Assembly: GCA_040767805.1 (NCBI GenBank)
Contig: JAXGNU010000002.1
Coordinates: 96,001-160,000, forward strand
Direction of reading: 5' to 3'
Origin: Thermovirgaceae bacterium
GTDB taxonomy: Bacteria > Synergistota > Synergistia > Synergistales > Thermovirgaceae
Length of the DNA stretch: 64,000 nucleotides
Within the stretch, counting starts at the first letter, position 1, and each line of letters begins with the position of its first letter. Position numbers and translations under genes: made by a program. The notes beneath the pieces are model-generated. The model had not been told where the DNA came from and did no database searches. It worked only from the letters and a program-made list of their open reading frames with translations. Below are positions 10,186-21,093 of this stretch, in pieces.

Positions 10186-10705
10186 GGCACTCCTCGATCT
10201 CCCTTATCCTGTCCCTGATGACCGCGGCCCTTTCATATTCTTCCTTCTCGACGGCCTCCCGGAGTTCTATCCTCAGGGACCCCAGGTCACCCAGGGTGAC
10301 CTCGTCCCCACAGGCATTCCTGGGCCTTGTACCTCGGTGGATATCCGACCCGTGGATCTTCCTGAAGAGGGGACCGAGGTCGTCCCGGAAAACCTCGTAA
10401 CAGTCGGGACACCCGAACTTGCCGGTCTTCCTGAAGGAAGAATGGTCGAGACCGCAGTGGCTGCAGGCTCGTTGATCGGCGGGCGAAGAGTCCTTTTCGA
10501 GACCGTGGGTCGAAACGGCTTGCCAAGGAAAAAGCCCCCAGGGGAAACAGTCCAGGGGCATCTCCAGGGGGATGTCCGGCAGCAGGCCCTCCTTTGCCAT
10601 GTGCTCGGCGCACTGGCGGCAGAGGTGGAAGTCGACTTTCTCCTTACCCTTCTGGTGCCTGATGTGAACTTCCGCTTCCCTTAACCCGCACCTTTCGCAT
10701 TTCAT
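10169..10705 (-). CDS. mcsA: McsA (CxxC motifs + UVR domain)
   Basis: Four CxxC motifs, GKFGCPDCY, EEYERAAVIRDRIRE. Confidence 0.93.
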   Translation of the reverse strand: MKCERCGLREAEVHIRHQKGKEKVDFHLCRQCAEHMAKEGLLPDIPLEMPLDCFPWGLFPWQAVSTHGLEKDSSPADQRACSHCGLDHSSFRKTGKFGCPDCYEVFRDDLGPLFRKIHGSDIHRGTRPRNACGDEVTLGDLGSLRIELREAVEKEEYERAAVIRDRIREIEECHEGEG

Positions 10706-10716
10706 GGCCTCACGAC

Positions 10717-11196
10717 CTAACCGAGAGCCAGGCTGCGCAGAAGTCGCTTGAGAAGCTCCGCGTGGAGCGATTCCCTCTTGTAGGAGGACAGGTCGAGGAG
10801 GTCCCTCCCTATCTCCTCCTGGAACCTCGTCGCCACCTCGACCAGGAGCCTCTCCCTGGCCGTTATGAGCTCCCTGTGCTGCAGGTTGGCGAGGATCCTC
10901 CTGATATCCTGTTCGTTCACCCCGTCCCCCACCAGTTCCTCGATATGGTTAGCCCTTTCCTCGGGCATATCGAGGCAGAGTCTTATGACCCTGATGTACC
11001 CATGGCCTCCCCGCTGGCTCTCCACGATGTAGCCCCGTTCGGGGGTGAACCGGCTCCGTATCACGTAATTTATCTGGCTCGGGACACAGCCGAAACGTTC
11101 AGCGAGGTCCTTGCGGCTGAGGAAGACCGACTCCTCGCTGCCCCGTTCCAGCAGTTCCACGATATGTCTTTCTATTATCCTCGTCAGGCTTGCCAA
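10717..11196 (-). CDS. ctsR: Class III stress gene repressor CtsR
   Basis: FGCVPSQINYVIRSRF, ESQRGGHGYIRV; AAAGGAGG RBS before TTG. Confidence 0.95.
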   Translation of the reverse strand: MASLTRIIERHIVELLERGSEESVFLSRKDLAERFGCVPSQINYVIRSRFTPERGYIVESQRGGHGYIRVIRLCLDMPEERANHIEELVGDGVNEQDIRRILANLQHRELITARERLLVEVATRFQEEIGRDLLDLSSYKRESLHAELLKRLLRSLALG

Positions 11197-11208
11197 GGCG
11201 TTTCCTCC

Positions 11209-11260
11209 TTTGACCTTCTTTGACTAGTCAAATTATAAGGTTAAGGTCAATATTCGTCAA
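11209..11260 (-). promoter_or_regulatory. Sigma70 promoter with CtsR operator
   Basis: Minus strand TTGACG (11255-11260)-17-TATAAT (11232-11237), then AGTCAAA-GAA-GGTCAAA (11209-11225), matching the CtsR heptad direct repeat. Extra heptads on + at 11226 and 11245. Confidence 0.9.
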
Positions 11261-11285
11261 TAATAAGGGCGACCTTTGGGGGGTG

Positions 11286-11876
11286 TCACGACCCTATGGG
11301 TTCTTCTTCCCTTTTCATCAGCCTGATGATGTTGGAATGGTGGCGGGCCACGGCCAGCACTGCCATGGCCGCCGAGGTCCAGGTGTAAGCCGGGGGACCC
11401 TTGAAGAGGACAAACCAAACCGGGACCGTCGCGAGGGAGATCATGGAACCGACGGAGACGTACTTCGATAGTTTCATGACCAGGTACCAGGCCATTCCCC
11501 CTATCAAGGCAGGGACGGGATTCCAGAAGAAGATCACGCCGAAGGACGTGGCGACCCCCTTGCCGCCCCTGAAATTCAGCCAGAGGGGGAAGTTATGCCC
11601 CAAAACACCGGCGAAACCGGCCAGGGCCAGCACCCAGGGCTCCTCTACGCCGAAGAGGCGGGCGGCGAGGACGACAAGACCCCCTTTCGCCATGTCGAAG
11701 AGAGCCACGGCGACGCCCCACTTCCTGCCGGCGAGACGGGCCACGTTGGTGGCCCCTATGTTCCCTGATCCGAGGGTCCTTATATCCTTTCCCAGGAGAG
11801 CCCTGACGGCGAGATACCCCGACGGTATGGACCCAAAAAGGTACCCGGCGACTACCCACGCGGCGGCCGTCATCAT
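11286..11876 (-). CDS. plsY: Glycerol-3-phosphate acyltransferase PlsY
   Basis: YLFGSIPSG, GSGNIGATNVAR, GHNFP..FRGGKGVAT, RHHSNIIRL. Confidence 0.95.
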   Translation of the reverse strand: MMTAAAWVVAGYLFGSIPSGYLAVRALLGKDIRTLGSGNIGATNVARLAGRKWGVAVALFDMAKGGLVVLAARLFGVEEPWVLALAGFAGVLGHNFPLWLNFRGGKGVATSFGVIFFWNPVPALIGGMAWYLVMKLSKYVSVGSMISLATVPVWFVLFKGPPAYTWTSAAMAVLAVARHHSNIIRLMKREEEPIGS

Positions 11877-13996
11877 CGGGGACCCCTGACAGCGGCCGCG
11901 TCCACCGCGACGGCGCCGCCGCCCTCATCCAGCACGAAGACGGGGTTGATGTCCAGCTCCGCCAAGGACTCCTCGGCGAGGGCCATCAGCGAAACCCGGG
12001 AGACCATTCCCGCCAAGGCGTCGGTGTCCTTGGGGGTGCTTCCCCTGGCGCCGGAAAGCAGGGGGAAGCCCCTTAGGGAGGCTATCATCCTTCGGGCCTC
12101 CTCGACGTCCACGGGGGCGTGCCTCAAGGAGAGGTCCTTGAGAATCTCCACGTAGATGCCGCCGAGGCCCACGGCGACGAAGGGCCCGAAGACGGGATCC
12201 CTTTTCACGCCTATCATGCACTCCACGCCGCCGGTAACCATCTCCTGCACCAGCATTCCCCGGACCCTGGCCCCGGGCATGGCCTCAAGGGATCTCTCGA
12301 GAAGCCGGCCGAAGGCGTTCCTGAGTTCCTCCTCATCCTTGAGCTTCAGCGCCACCGCCCCGGCCTCGGTCTTATGGAATATGTCGGGCGACACTACCTT
12401 TAGAGCCACCGGGTAGCCGATCTCCGAAGCGGCCGACAGGGCGTCCTCCAGGGAAGAGCAGAGGATCTCCCTGGTCACCGGCACCCCCCACCGGGCCAGG
12501 AGCCTCTTGGCGTCGTACTCGGTCAGGTCCTCGGGCAAACGGGGTAAAAAGGGCTCTCCCGGGTCCGAGGGGGCCCTCGCCGGGAGGGCCGGCCTCGTCA
12601 CCCATTCCGAAAGCCTGGCCAGGGCCCAGGCGCAGCGCCTGGGGCTTGCGAAGAGGGGGACTTTCTCCGACCTGAGTTCCTCCAGGAAGGGGCCGCCCTG
12701 TTCATCGTTGATCAGCCAGCAGCAGGCCATGGGTTTGGAGGCTTTCCTCGAGACTTCGATGATATCGCGGGTGACGGACCAGCCGGAATCACCGGTGATC
12801 ATGGAGACCACGACGGAGGCCATATCTATCTCCGGGCAATCCAGGACCGTTTCGAGGGATGACTTGAAGCTCCCGGGGTCATTTATCACCTGGGCCGTGA
12901 GGTCCACCGGGTTCCTGGTAGAACCGAAGGGGGGGACGAACCGCTCCAGGGTCTCCCTGGTCCTCCGGGGCAGCGGTTCTACCCGCAGCCCAAGGTCGTA
13001 GGCCCTGTCGGCCATGATTATCCCCGCGCCGCCCGACGTGGTGATTACGCCTACCCTCTTTCCGCGGGGGGTTTTCGCGGGGCCGAAGATCTTCCCGAGG
13101 TCGGTGATGTCATCGGAGTCCTCTATTTCCAGCACACCGTACTGCCGGAAAATGGTCCTCCAGGCCTCGTCCTCGCCGGTAAGGGCCGCGGTGTGGCTCT
13201 TGACCGCCTCCTGCCCCGTGGGGCTTTTACCCACCTTCAGGACCGCCACGGGGACGTCCCGTTCGGCCGCGAACCTCAACAGCTCGATGAAACGGTCGCC
13301 CCTTGACAACCCCTCCATGTAGAGCACCAGGAGGCGCACCTGGGGGTCGGCCGCAAAGGCCATCCCGAAATCCACCAGGTCCAGGTCGGCCTGGTTCCCG
13401 GTGGTGACCACGTACCTGAAACCCACACCGCTGTCGGCGGCCATGGCGAAGGAAGCGAAGCCGAAGGCGCCGCTCTGGGAAACGTAAGCCACGCCGCCCA
13501 GGGGCCGCCTGTCGCTGTCCAGGGAGGCGGAAAAGCTCAAGGGGACCGAATCGGCGAAATTGACAAGACCCTGGCAGTTGGGGCCCAGGATCCTCATCCC
13601 CCCGGCCCTGGCTTCCTGGAGGATCTCGTCCTGCGCCGCGGGATCGGTGCTTTCGGCGAAACCGGAGGAAAAGATGATGGAAAAGGGGACCCCCCGCTCT
13701 GAGCACTGTTCCACGACTCCAGGCACCAGTTGGGCCCTCACGCCCACCAGGACCACGTCCGGTGTAAGGGGGAGGGAATGAATATCGGGGTAGCACTCGA
13801 GGCCGGCCAGTCTCTCATAATTGGGGTTGACGGGAAAGATATGACCCTTGAAACCGAAGCGTTTGAGCAGTTTTATCGGGCGGCCGGATATGCTCTCCAG
13901 GTTCCCGGAGGCTCCCACCACCGCCACCGACCGCGGCGACAAAAGGGTCGACAGGTCCTCGGCGCTGCCTCGGGGCCGGACCATGGCCTCAGGCAC
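11873..13996 (-). CDS. ADP-forming acetate/acyl-CoA ligase (fused alpha-beta)
   Basis: [28 protein letters not shown] (phospho-His), ATP-grasp [13 protein letters not shown]. Confidence 0.92.
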   Translation of the reverse strand: MPEAMVRPRGSAEDLSTLLSPRSVAVVGASGNLESISGRPIKLLKRFGFKGHIFPVNPNYERLAGLECYPDIHSLPLTPDVVLVGVRAQLVPGVVEQCSERGVPFSIIFSSGFAESTDPAAQDEILQEARAGGMRILGPNCQGLVNFADSVPLSFSASLDSDRRPLGGVAYVSQSGAFGFASFAMAADSGVGFRYVVTTGNQADLDLVDFGMAFAADPQVRLLVLYMEGLSRGDRFIELLRFAAERDVPVAVLKVGKSPTGQEAVKSHTAALTGEDEAWRTIFRQYGVLEIEDSDDITDLGKIFGPAKTPRGKRVGVITTSGGAGIIMADRAYDLGLRVEPLPRRTRETLERFVPPFGSTRNPVDLTAQVINDPGSFKSSLETVLDCPEIDMASVVVSMITGDSGWSVTRDIIEVSRKASKPMACCWLINDEQGGPFLEELRSEKVPLFASPRRCAWALARLSEWVTRPALPARAPSDPGEPFLPRLPEDLTEYDAKRLLARWGVPVTREILCSSLEDALSAASEIGYPVALKVVSPDIFHKTEAGAVALKLKDEEELRNAFGRLLERSLEAMPGARVRGMLVQEMVTGGVECMIGVKRDPVFGPFVAVGLGGIYVEILKDLSLRHAPVDVEEARRMIASLRGFPLLSGARGSTPKDTDALAGMVSRVSLMALAEESLAELDINPVFVLDEGGGAVAVDAAAVRGPR

Positions 13997-14765
13997 CTTC
14001 TCCCGAAATGGTCATCACCAGGGGGGCGCCGAGGCCGTCAATGGCGACCTCGACGCTGTCGCCGGGGAATAACTCCCCCACCCCTTCGGGGGTGCCCGTC
14101 AGCACCACGTCCCCGGCTTCCAGGGTCATGAAGTCTGCTATGTACTGCAGGATCACAGGAACGGGGAAGATCATGTCCCTCGTCCGCCCTTCCTGCCTCA
14201 GGGCGCCGTTGACGAAAGTCCTGACCACCGTGTCCCCCGGGTCGATACCGGTCTCCACCCATGGGCCCAGGGGGCAGAAGGCGTCGGCCGATTTTCCCCG
14301 GATCCACTGGAGGTCCCGCATCTGGCAGTCGCGGGCGGTCAGGTCGATCCCGGCGGTAATGCCCAGCACATGGTCCATGGGGCGTTCAGTCCCGGGAAGG
14401 ATTCTTTCGCCTATCACCACCGCGAGTTCCCCCTCGAAGTGCAGCTCATTGGTGAAGTGAGGGTAAGGGATTTCAGAAAAGGGCGCCGCCAGGGTATTCG
14501 GGCTTTTGAGGAAAAGACCGGGCTCCTTCGGGAGGGGGAGGCTGTCGTTGCCCATCTCCCTAATGTGGCCGTGGTAATTTCGCCCCACGCAGACGATCTT
14601 GGTCGGCGCGGCCGGCGCGAGGAGCCTCACCAGCGCGACGGGGAAGGACTCACCGGTCCGGTCACCGCCGGGGGTGCCCGTGACATGGACCCTGTCGCCT
14701 TCGATCACGCCCCAAAGGGGGCCGTTCCTTTCATCCACGGAAAAACGGCCTATCTTCACTGTCAC
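13989..14765 (-). CDS. Fumarylacetoacetate hydrolase family protein
   Basis: [38 protein letters not shown]. Confidence 0.93.
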   Translation of the reverse strand: MTVKIGRFSVDERNGPLWGVIEGDRVHVTGTPGGDRTGESFPVALVRLLAPAAPTKIVCVGRNYHGHIREMGNDSLPLPKEPGLFLKSPNTLAAPFSEIPYPHFTNELHFEGELAVVIGERILPGTERPMDHVLGITAGIDLTARDCQMRDLQWIRGKSADAFCPLGPWVETGIDPGDTVVRTFVNGALRQEGRTRDMIFPVPVILQYIADFMTLEAGDVVLTGTPEGVGELFPGDSVEVAIDGLGAPLVMTISGEGA

Positions 14766-14850
14766 CGATACCGCCTCTCATCAAGGGGGGCCAAAAACTG
14801 CGGCCGGCCTCCCGAGGGTCCGCTCCGGCATTCCCCTGGGGCTGGCTTTT

Positions 14851-15489
14851 TTAGGGCTCAATAATCACGACCGTTCCGGGCACGGCCTTCCCCACTATCT
14901 CGAGCAGGGCCTTGTTGTCCATCCTGATACACCCCTCGGTGGTCATGGTGCCCAACGAGGAGGGATCATGGGTGCCATGAATGCCGATACCCTTCCACCG
15001 ACCCGTATCGAGCCGGATGAAGAAGGGACCGTAGGCCCCCTCCACGGGGCCCTTCCCGTCGCCGAAATCATGGACCCAGGCCCGTGAATCATGGATGCTC
15101 TCGACCCGGAAGACTCCCTCCGGCGTTCTCCTGTCACCCACCCTCTCCTTGTCGCCGGGATTCTCCCCCACCGCGACCGGGTAAAGGGCCGTCATTACGG
15201 CGCCGTCCCAGGACGATAGGTCAAAACGGCCCTTACGAATGTACAGCCAGAATCGGCCTTCCAGGTTGTTGGCGGCGACTAGGGCCGCCGCCTCCCCGGG
15301 ATCGGGAAAGCCTTCCTGCGAAACCTGGCCCGAGGAGGCCTCCCCGGGTCCTCCCGGTTCCTGGGCGGCTTCGAAGGCGACGGGCCTCCTCTCCAGCACC
15401 AGGTACCCACCTGCCGCCAGGACGAGGATCACCAGCGCCCCGGAGAGCGCCTTGGGAAAGAACCTCGGCCTTCGCCTGGCGGAGAACAT
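14851..15489 (-). CDS. L,D-transpeptidase (YkuD family)
   Basis: N-terminal TM, GDRRTPEG, GIGIHGT...TTEGCIRM (His/Cys). Confidence 0.9.
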   Translation of the reverse strand: MFSARRRPRFFPKALSGALVILVLAAGGYLVLERRPVAFEAAQEPGGPGEASSGQVSQEGFPDPGEAAALVAANNLEGRFWLYIRKGRFDLSSWDGAVMTALYPVAVGENPGDKERVGDRRTPEGVFRVESIHDSRAWVHDFGDGKGPVEGAYGPFFIRLDTGRWKGIGIHGTHDPSSLGTMTTEGCIRMDNKALLEIVGKAVPGTVVIIEP

Positions 15490-15523
15490 GTAATGACCAG
15501 CCCCTTTTTTCAGACCCGCCCTT

Positions 15524-15844
15524 TCAGCGTTGATTACTGATATGTTCCTGGACGAACTGGACGAGGTCGACGATGTGGTTCCCGATTATCGGGAGGTTCA
15601 GAGCCACCAGCGATTTCAGGAGGACCACCAGGAAGTAGATCACTATCGCCGCAAGCACCGTCAGGCCCACGCCGAAACCGAGCCCCTTGGCGAGGCCGGC
15701 CAGGAAATTGTGCCAGAGCAGTTTTCGCTTGTCCAGCAGCATCTCCAGGTTGGCCATGACCCTGGTCCTTTCGATCACTTCCGCAAGGCGCTCCGATACC
15801 TGTTTTTTCTCGACTGTGTTGTTGTCCTCTCTTCCTTCCGCCAT
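15524..15844 (-). CDS. Small membrane protein (DUF5665-like)
   Basis: LLWHNFLAGLAKGLGFGVG..LPIIG pattern. Confidence 0.7.
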   Translation of the reverse strand: MAEGREDNNTVEKKQVSERLAEVIERTRVMANLEMLLDKRKLLWHNFLAGLAKGLGFGVGLTVLAAIVIYFLVVLLKSLVALNLPIIGNHIVDLVQFVQEHISNQR

Positions 15845-15851
15845 GGCGTCC

Positions 15852-17627
15852 CTACTCGGCCAGCAGGCCCACCGCCACGGACCCCAGCCCCGTGTGGGCC
15901 CCCAGCACCGGGCATATATCCATCACGTAGGCAGGTTCCCGCCCCACGATCTCGGCCAGGCCCGAGGCGGCGATCTCGGCCGACGCCGGGGAATGGGCAT
16001 GGACGATGGCGTATTTCCATATCCTGCTTTTTTGACTCTCCCGGGCAACGATGCCCCTGATCCTTTTCACGTTTTCCTCCCAGCCCCGGGTCTGACCCAA
16101 GGACCTGGCGTAACCCTCTTCATCCACGAAGACGATGGGCTTCAGGTTCAGCGCGGACGCCAGGAACCCCTTGACGGGGCTGATCCTTCCCCCCCTGACC
16201 ATGTACTTGAGGGTCCTCAGGCTGATGAAGATCTTCGCCCCGGGGATGCTCCTTTCGACCAGCGAAACGGTCTCGTCATGGCCCTTCCCCTCATTAAGGG
16301 CTTCGGCGGCCCTCATGACCAGGAGCCCCAGGGGTGCGGAGGACGTCCTGGAGTCGATGACGGTGATCTTCCCCCCCGCCTTCTCCGCCGCCGCCCTGCT
16401 GGCGTTCCAGGTCCCGCTGAGTTTCGATGAAATATGCATGGCTATGACGGAATCGTAGTGCTCCAGGAGGAACCGGTAGGTCCTCTCGAAATCGGACATG
16501 GGGGGCTGGGAACTGACGGGGCTTTCCCCGGACCCCTCGAGGAGGGTGTAGAACTGGTCCGACGAGAGGGTCACCCGGTCGAGGTAGACGCTCTCGCCGA
16601 AGGCAAGGCGGAGCGGCACCACGTGGACCTGGTTCCTGTCAAGGTACTCCTGGGGAAGGTCGCAGGTCGAGTCGGTGACGAGGGCCACGGAGTGCATCCT
16701 GTTCCTGCAAACATCGACCTGCCGTCTCATGTCGTCGGCCTTCTGCTGGGTGAGCGACCCGTGTCTCTTGATCGTAAAAAAGAGCCTGTCTGGGGTGTCG
16801 GTATGAATGTGGACCCTCACCTTTTCCCCGTGACCGCCCACGATGAGGGAATCCCCGAAGGGCTGCATGTCCGCCCTGATGCTCCCGATGTCCATCCCTC
16901 GCCCCTGGAGGAGCGCCTCCGTACAATACCTGAAGGCCGGCTCGCCGTTGCGGAAGTTCTCGTGGGTGTGACGGATCGTCGGCGCCCCCGAAAGGAGGGT
17001 GAGGTCCCTGAGATCGCCGCTCTCAAGGAAGGAGACTATCCCCTCCAGGAAGTCGACGAAACCCTGGCCGCCGGCGTCAAGGACGCCCGCCTTTGCCAGG
17101 ACGGGCAATTTCGACGGCGTCTCGCCGAGTGATCTCCGGGCCGTCTCCAACGACCCCGGCAGGATATGGGCGAAATCGTCATAGCGCCTGGAGAGCGCCG
17201 CGACCTCGGAAGCCCAGTCCTCCATGACCGTCAGGATAGTACCCTCCACGGGCTTGCTTAGGGCTTCCCTGGCATAGGGGACAGCCCCCGAGACGGCCCG
17301 GCCGAAGGCCGCCACGTCGAGCTCATCCATACCCTCCGTCCCCTGAGAAAAGCCCCATAAGAACTGAGCGAAAATGAGGCCCGAGTTGCCCCGGGCTCCC
17401 ATGAGGGCCGCGTCGGCCATGGAGGCGCTCGTCTGGGAAAGGGACCGGCTGACGACCGCCCCCTCCGAAACGGATTGGACGGTAGCCGCCAGGTTGGTCC
17501 CGGTATCCCCGTCGGGCACCGGGAATACATTCATGCTGTTGAGGACCCCCTGCCTGGCCCTGATGCTATTGGCGCCGGCGGAAAAACCCCTGTGGAGACG
17601 AGGCCCATCCAGGGTTCTAATCTTCAT
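15852..17627 (-). CDS. DAK2 (FakA-like) - DegV (FakB-like) fusion protein
   Basis: NVFPVPDGDTGTN, GARGNSG, FRYCTE, VHIHTD, then DegV motifs VTDSTCDLP, SSQP, ISSKLSGT, GGRI, GAHTG. ATG at 17627. Confidence 0.92.
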   Translation of the reverse strand: MKIRTLDGPRLHRGFSAGANSIRARQGVLNSMNVFPVPDGDTGTNLAATVQSVSEGAVVSRSLSQTSASMADAALMGARGNSGLIFAQFLWGFSQGTEGMDELDVAAFGRAVSGAVPYAREALSKPVEGTILTVMEDWASEVAALSRRYDDFAHILPGSLETARRSLGETPSKLPVLAKAGVLDAGGQGFVDFLEGIVSFLESGDLRDLTLLSGAPTIRHTHENFRNGEPAFRYCTEALLQGRGMDIGSIRADMQPFGDSLIVGGHGEKVRVHIHTDTPDRLFFTIKRHGSLTQQKADDMRRQVDVCRNRMHSVALVTDSTCDLPQEYLDRNQVHVVPLRLAFGESVYLDRVTLSSDQFYTLLEGSGESPVSSQPPMSDFERTYRFLLEHYDSVIAMHISSKLSGTWNASRAAAEKAGGKITVIDSRTSSAPLGLLVMRAAEALNEGKGHDETVSLVERSIPGAKIFISLRTLKYMVRGGRISPVKGFLASALNLKPIVFVDEEGYARSLGQTRGWEENVKRIRGIVARESQKSRIWKYAIVHAHSPASAEIAASGLAEIVGREPAYVMDICPVLGAHTGLGSVAVGLLAE

Positions 17628-17879
17628 GGGTGCACCCCTTGCTGTCCGGAATCCGGGTATTTCCTCGCGGCAATACCCGGACAAGAATACCAGAAAAAAC
17701 GATCCAGGTCTGTCGAAATGTACTTCCGGCGCCCCCTCCAGGGCGGGGCGAGGATCGCCGGCGAGGTGACGACATCATGTTGCGGATGGGTGAAAAGGCA
17801 TTCCGGAGGTCGGAGATCGTTGACCCTACCCGGTGCCGCCGGCACGGGTTCTTGATCGGGCCCTTCGGGGGCTCCATCG

Positions 17880-18227
17880 CTAGATCGATCGCCGGTATTC
17901 CCTCACCCTTACCGCCTCGAGGAAGGCCATCACCCTTTCGAGGAAGGTCCTCTCCCGGGGGGCGTTCACTATCTCTTTCCAGAAAGCGGCGATGTAGACG
18001 TAGGGGTTTTTTGAAAAGACCGCCCCGCCGCCGTCAGGGCCCTGTCCCTTTTCGGCCTCGGACAGGAGTCGGCTGAAAAATTCCAGGACCCTTTCGAAGG
18101 CTCCCGCGGCCTGCAAAGAGGCGCCACCCCGCCAGGACCCACTCGGTGAAAGGACCTCACCGGAAGCGGCGAAGGATAGCGCCAGGATCAGGACGGCGGC
18201 CGTTGCCGCTAACTTGCGCGGTCTCAT
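17880..18227 (-). CDS. Hypothetical exported protein
   Basis: Signal peptide (MRPRKLAATAAVLILALSFAASG); GGAGG RBS. Confidence 0.6.
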   Translation of the reverse strand: MRPRKLAATAAVLILALSFAASGEVLSPSGSWRGGASLQAAGAFERVLEFFSRLLSEAEKGQGPDGGGAVFSKNPYVYIAAFWKEIVNAPRERTFLERVMAFLEAVRVREYRRSI

Positions 18228-18276
18228 GCCATTACCTCCATGGCTCTAATCTCCGGGAGTGGGCCCAGCACTTCCA

Positions 18277-18999
18277 TCAGTGGCCGTGGGTGAAGACGAT
18301 AAAGGAGGCGAGGGCCACCCCCACCGTGAAAGCCAGGAAGGAGTGGCGTTTTTCGTGCTCTCTCGCCTCGGGGAGCAGGTGCGAGGCCGATACGTAGATG
18401 AGGACGCCCGACACGAAACCGAGCAGCATCCCCAAGACCTCCCCTCCCAGGGGGCTGACGAAGGGGTAGGCGACAAAAGCCCCGAGGGGGGTGGTAAGGG
18501 AGGCTATCAGGAAAGCGTAGACCATGGCCGCCCTCTTTTCCATCCCGCCCTTGATGAGCACGAGGTAGGTGATCGCACCTTCGGCGAACTCGTGGGCCAC
18601 TAGCCCTCCCGCTGAGAGCACGCCCACCAGAACGCTCACCTTGAAGGTGATCGTGTAGACGAGGCCGTCCACGAAAGAATGGATCCCAATGCCCTGGGCG
18701 GCGGTGATCCCGAAGGCCAGGGCCTCCTCGTGGGTGAAATGCCTTATCATCCTGTTGGAAAAGAACATGAAGAGGAAACCCGCCAGGGCCAGGAAACCCG
18801 CGTGGGGATACCTGCGGACGGCCTCGGGCAACGCCAGCATGAGCGGCGTCGTTATTAGGACACCCGCCGCGAAGCACATCAGGTACGCCATTATTTTCTC
18901 CGCACGCTCGCGGTACCTGAAGACCATCAGTATCCCCAGGGCGTTCACGAAGGCGGCCAGGAAAGCGAAAAGGGCTATCCAGCCAAAGGTCCCCGGCAA
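18277..18999 (-). CDS. ZIP family divalent metal transporter
   Basis: CFAAGVLI, IHSFVDG, AHEFAEG, HLLPEA. TTG at 18999 after GGGAGGG. Confidence 0.9.
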   Translation of the reverse strand: MPGTFGWIALFAFLAAFVNALGILMVFRYRERAEKIMAYLMCFAAGVLITTPLMLALPEAVRRYPHAGFLALAGFLFMFFSNRMIRHFTHEEALAFGITAAQGIGIHSFVDGLVYTITFKVSVLVGVLSAGGLVAHEFAEGAITYLVLIKGGMEKRAAMVYAFLIASLTTPLGAFVAYPFVSPLGGEVLGMLLGFVSGVLIYVSASHLLPEAREHEKRHSFLAFTVGVALASFIVFTHGH

Positions 19000-19233
19000 T
19001 GTATACCCTCCCAAATGACCCGGTTCGATCGTTCCCTATTGTAAATCCTATTCCCTCGCGGGGGAACAAAAAATCTCACCCTGTGACACTACCCTTGCTG
19101 GCTGAGGCCCCCGGCCTCCGCCACCTCCCCCGGGGCGTTTTTTCCCTTCTTGTGCTAGCATCGGGGGACCTTGAACATCCTGGGGTGGGAAAGTCCATTC
19201 CCCGCCGGGTCGGGATCTTGAGGAGGCCGGCCG

Positions 19234-21066
19234 ATGATGGCTTTTACGGGGAAAAAGGAGCGAGGGGCGGGCAATGCCCTTCCCGAGAGGGGAGACCTGG
19301 ATAGGGCCTACCAGTGGGCCCTGGAAGACCTCTTCGAGGACAGGGCTCACTGGGAAAGTGCCTTCGAAGAGGCAGGCCCTCTCATGGACGCTCTCGAGGC
19401 CTTCAGCGGCACCCTGGCATCCTCGCCGTCGAGATTGCTGGAGTGCCTCAAACTGCGCGACAGGCTCGGTGAACTGACCTCCAGGGTATTCGCCTACGCC
19501 CACATGAAAAGCCACGAGGACACCCGGGACCCCGGCGGACAGGCCCTCGCCGCGAAGGCGACCACCCTGGCCGCGGCCGCGGCCCGTTCGGGGGCCTTCA
19601 TCACCCCGGAGATCCTGTCGATACCGGAAGAGACCCTCGCCCTTTTCCTGGAGAGGGAGGAAGGACTCGGGCTTTACCGTTTCTTCCTGGAGGAACTGCA
19701 GCGCAAGCGCGCCCACGTACTGTCCCGGGAGGAGGAAGGGCTGCTGGCTTCCTCGGCGGAACTCGCCCGCACCCCGGAGAATATCTTTTCCATGCTCACC
19801 AACGCCGACATGACCTTTCCGCCCATCCGCGACGAACTGGATCATGAGACACCCTTCTCGGAGGAACGGTTCGGCTCTTTTCTGCAGAGCCGTGACCGGA
19901 GGGTCAGGGAGGACGCCTACAAAAACCTTTACGGCGTCTACGGTCGGTACAGGAACACCCTTTCGGCCTCCCTTAACGCCGCGCTGCGGGTTTCGCTCTT
20001 CTACTCGCGGGCGCGGGGCTTCGGGTCGAACCTCGAAGCGGCCCTTCACGAGGACGATATCCCCCCCTCCGTTTACGACTCCCTCGTGGAAGGCGTCCGG
20101 GAGGGGCTTGACGCGCTCCATCGCTACGTGGCCCTCCGAGGGAGGGTCCTGGGCGTTTCCCCCGTCAGGATGTTCGACCTTTACGTCCCCCTGGTCGAAG
20201 AGTATCGCCGCGAGATATCCTACCCTGAAGCCGTGGGCATGGTCCGCGAGGGGCTCGCCCCCCTGGGGGATGACTACCTGGCCGCCCTCGATGAGGGCTT
20301 CAGCCACCGGTGGGCCGATGTCTTCGAGAACAGGGGGAAACGGGGAGGGGCCTACTCCTGGGGGGCCTACCCGGTCCACCCCTTCGTCCTCCTCAACTAC
20401 GACGGCAAGATGAGAGATGTCTTCACCGTAGCCCACGAAATGGGCCACGCCCTGCACAGGTACTTCTCCGACAGGGAGCAGCCCTACATCTACTCGGGCC
20501 ACCCCATATTCATCGCTGAAGTAGCCTCCACCACCAACGAGGCGCTCCTGCTGGACCACCTTATCCGTTCGGCTCCCGGACGCGAGGAGAGGGTATACCT
20601 CCTCAACTACCGGCTCGAGCAGATCAGGACGACCGTTTTCCGCCAGACCCTGTTCGCCGAGTTCGAGCGTGAGATCCACGGGAGGGCCGAAAGGGGGGAG
20701 GCCCTGACATCGGAGGGTTTCTGCGGGCTTTGGAGGGATCTTAACAGCGAGTACTACGGCAGGTGCGTGGAACTCGACGAGGAAATAGAGATGGAATGGG
20801 CGCGGATACCCCATTTTTATTCGCCCTTTTACGTCTACCAGTACGCCACGGGTTACTCGGCGGCCACGGCGCTCTCGAGGGGGATCCTCGACGAGGGGGA
20901 ACCCGCCGTCCGCCGTTACATGGGCTTCCTGAAAAGGGGGAGCTCAGCCCCCGTCCTGGAGATGCTCCGTGACGCGGGGGTTGACATGGCCGGGCCGGGA
21001 CCGGTGAAAAGAACGGTGGACCTTTTCAGGTCCACCTTGGAAGAACTGGAAGCGCTCCTGGCCTGA
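19234..21066 (+). CDS. pepF: Oligoendopeptidase F
   Basis: YQWALEDLF, GKRGGAYS, AHEMGH, AEVAST, WARIPHFY. Confidence 0.95.
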   Translation: MMAFTGKKERGAGNALPERGDLDRAYQWALEDLFEDRAHWESAFEEAGPLMDALEAFSGTLASSPSRLLECLKLRDRLGELTSRVFAYAHMKSHEDTRDPGGQALAAKATTLAAAAARSGAFITPEILSIPEETLALFLEREEGLGLYRFFLEELQRKRAHVLSREEEGLLASSAELARTPENIFSMLTNADMTFPPIRDELDHETPFSEERFGSFLQSRDRRVREDAYKNLYGVYGRYRNTLSASLNAALRVSLFYSRARGFGSNLEAALHEDDIPPSVYDSLVEGVREGLDALHRYVALRGRVLGVSPVRMFDLYVPLVEEYRREISYPEAVGMVREGLAPLGDDYLAALDEGFSHRWADVFENRGKRGGAYSWGAYPVHPFVLLNYDGKMRDVFTVAHEMGHALHRYFSDREQPYIYSGHPIFIAEVASTTNEALLLDHLIRSAPGREERVYLLNYRLEQIRTTVFRQTLFAEFEREIHGRAERGEALTSEGFCGLWRDLNSEYYGRCVELDEEIEMEWARIPHFYSPFYVYQYATGYSAATALSRGILDEGEPAVRRYMGFLKRGSSAPVLEMLRDAGVDMAGPGPVKRTVDLFRSTLEELEALLA

Positions 21067-21093
21067 TAGGGTGCCGCGCCGGCGGGTTAAAGG

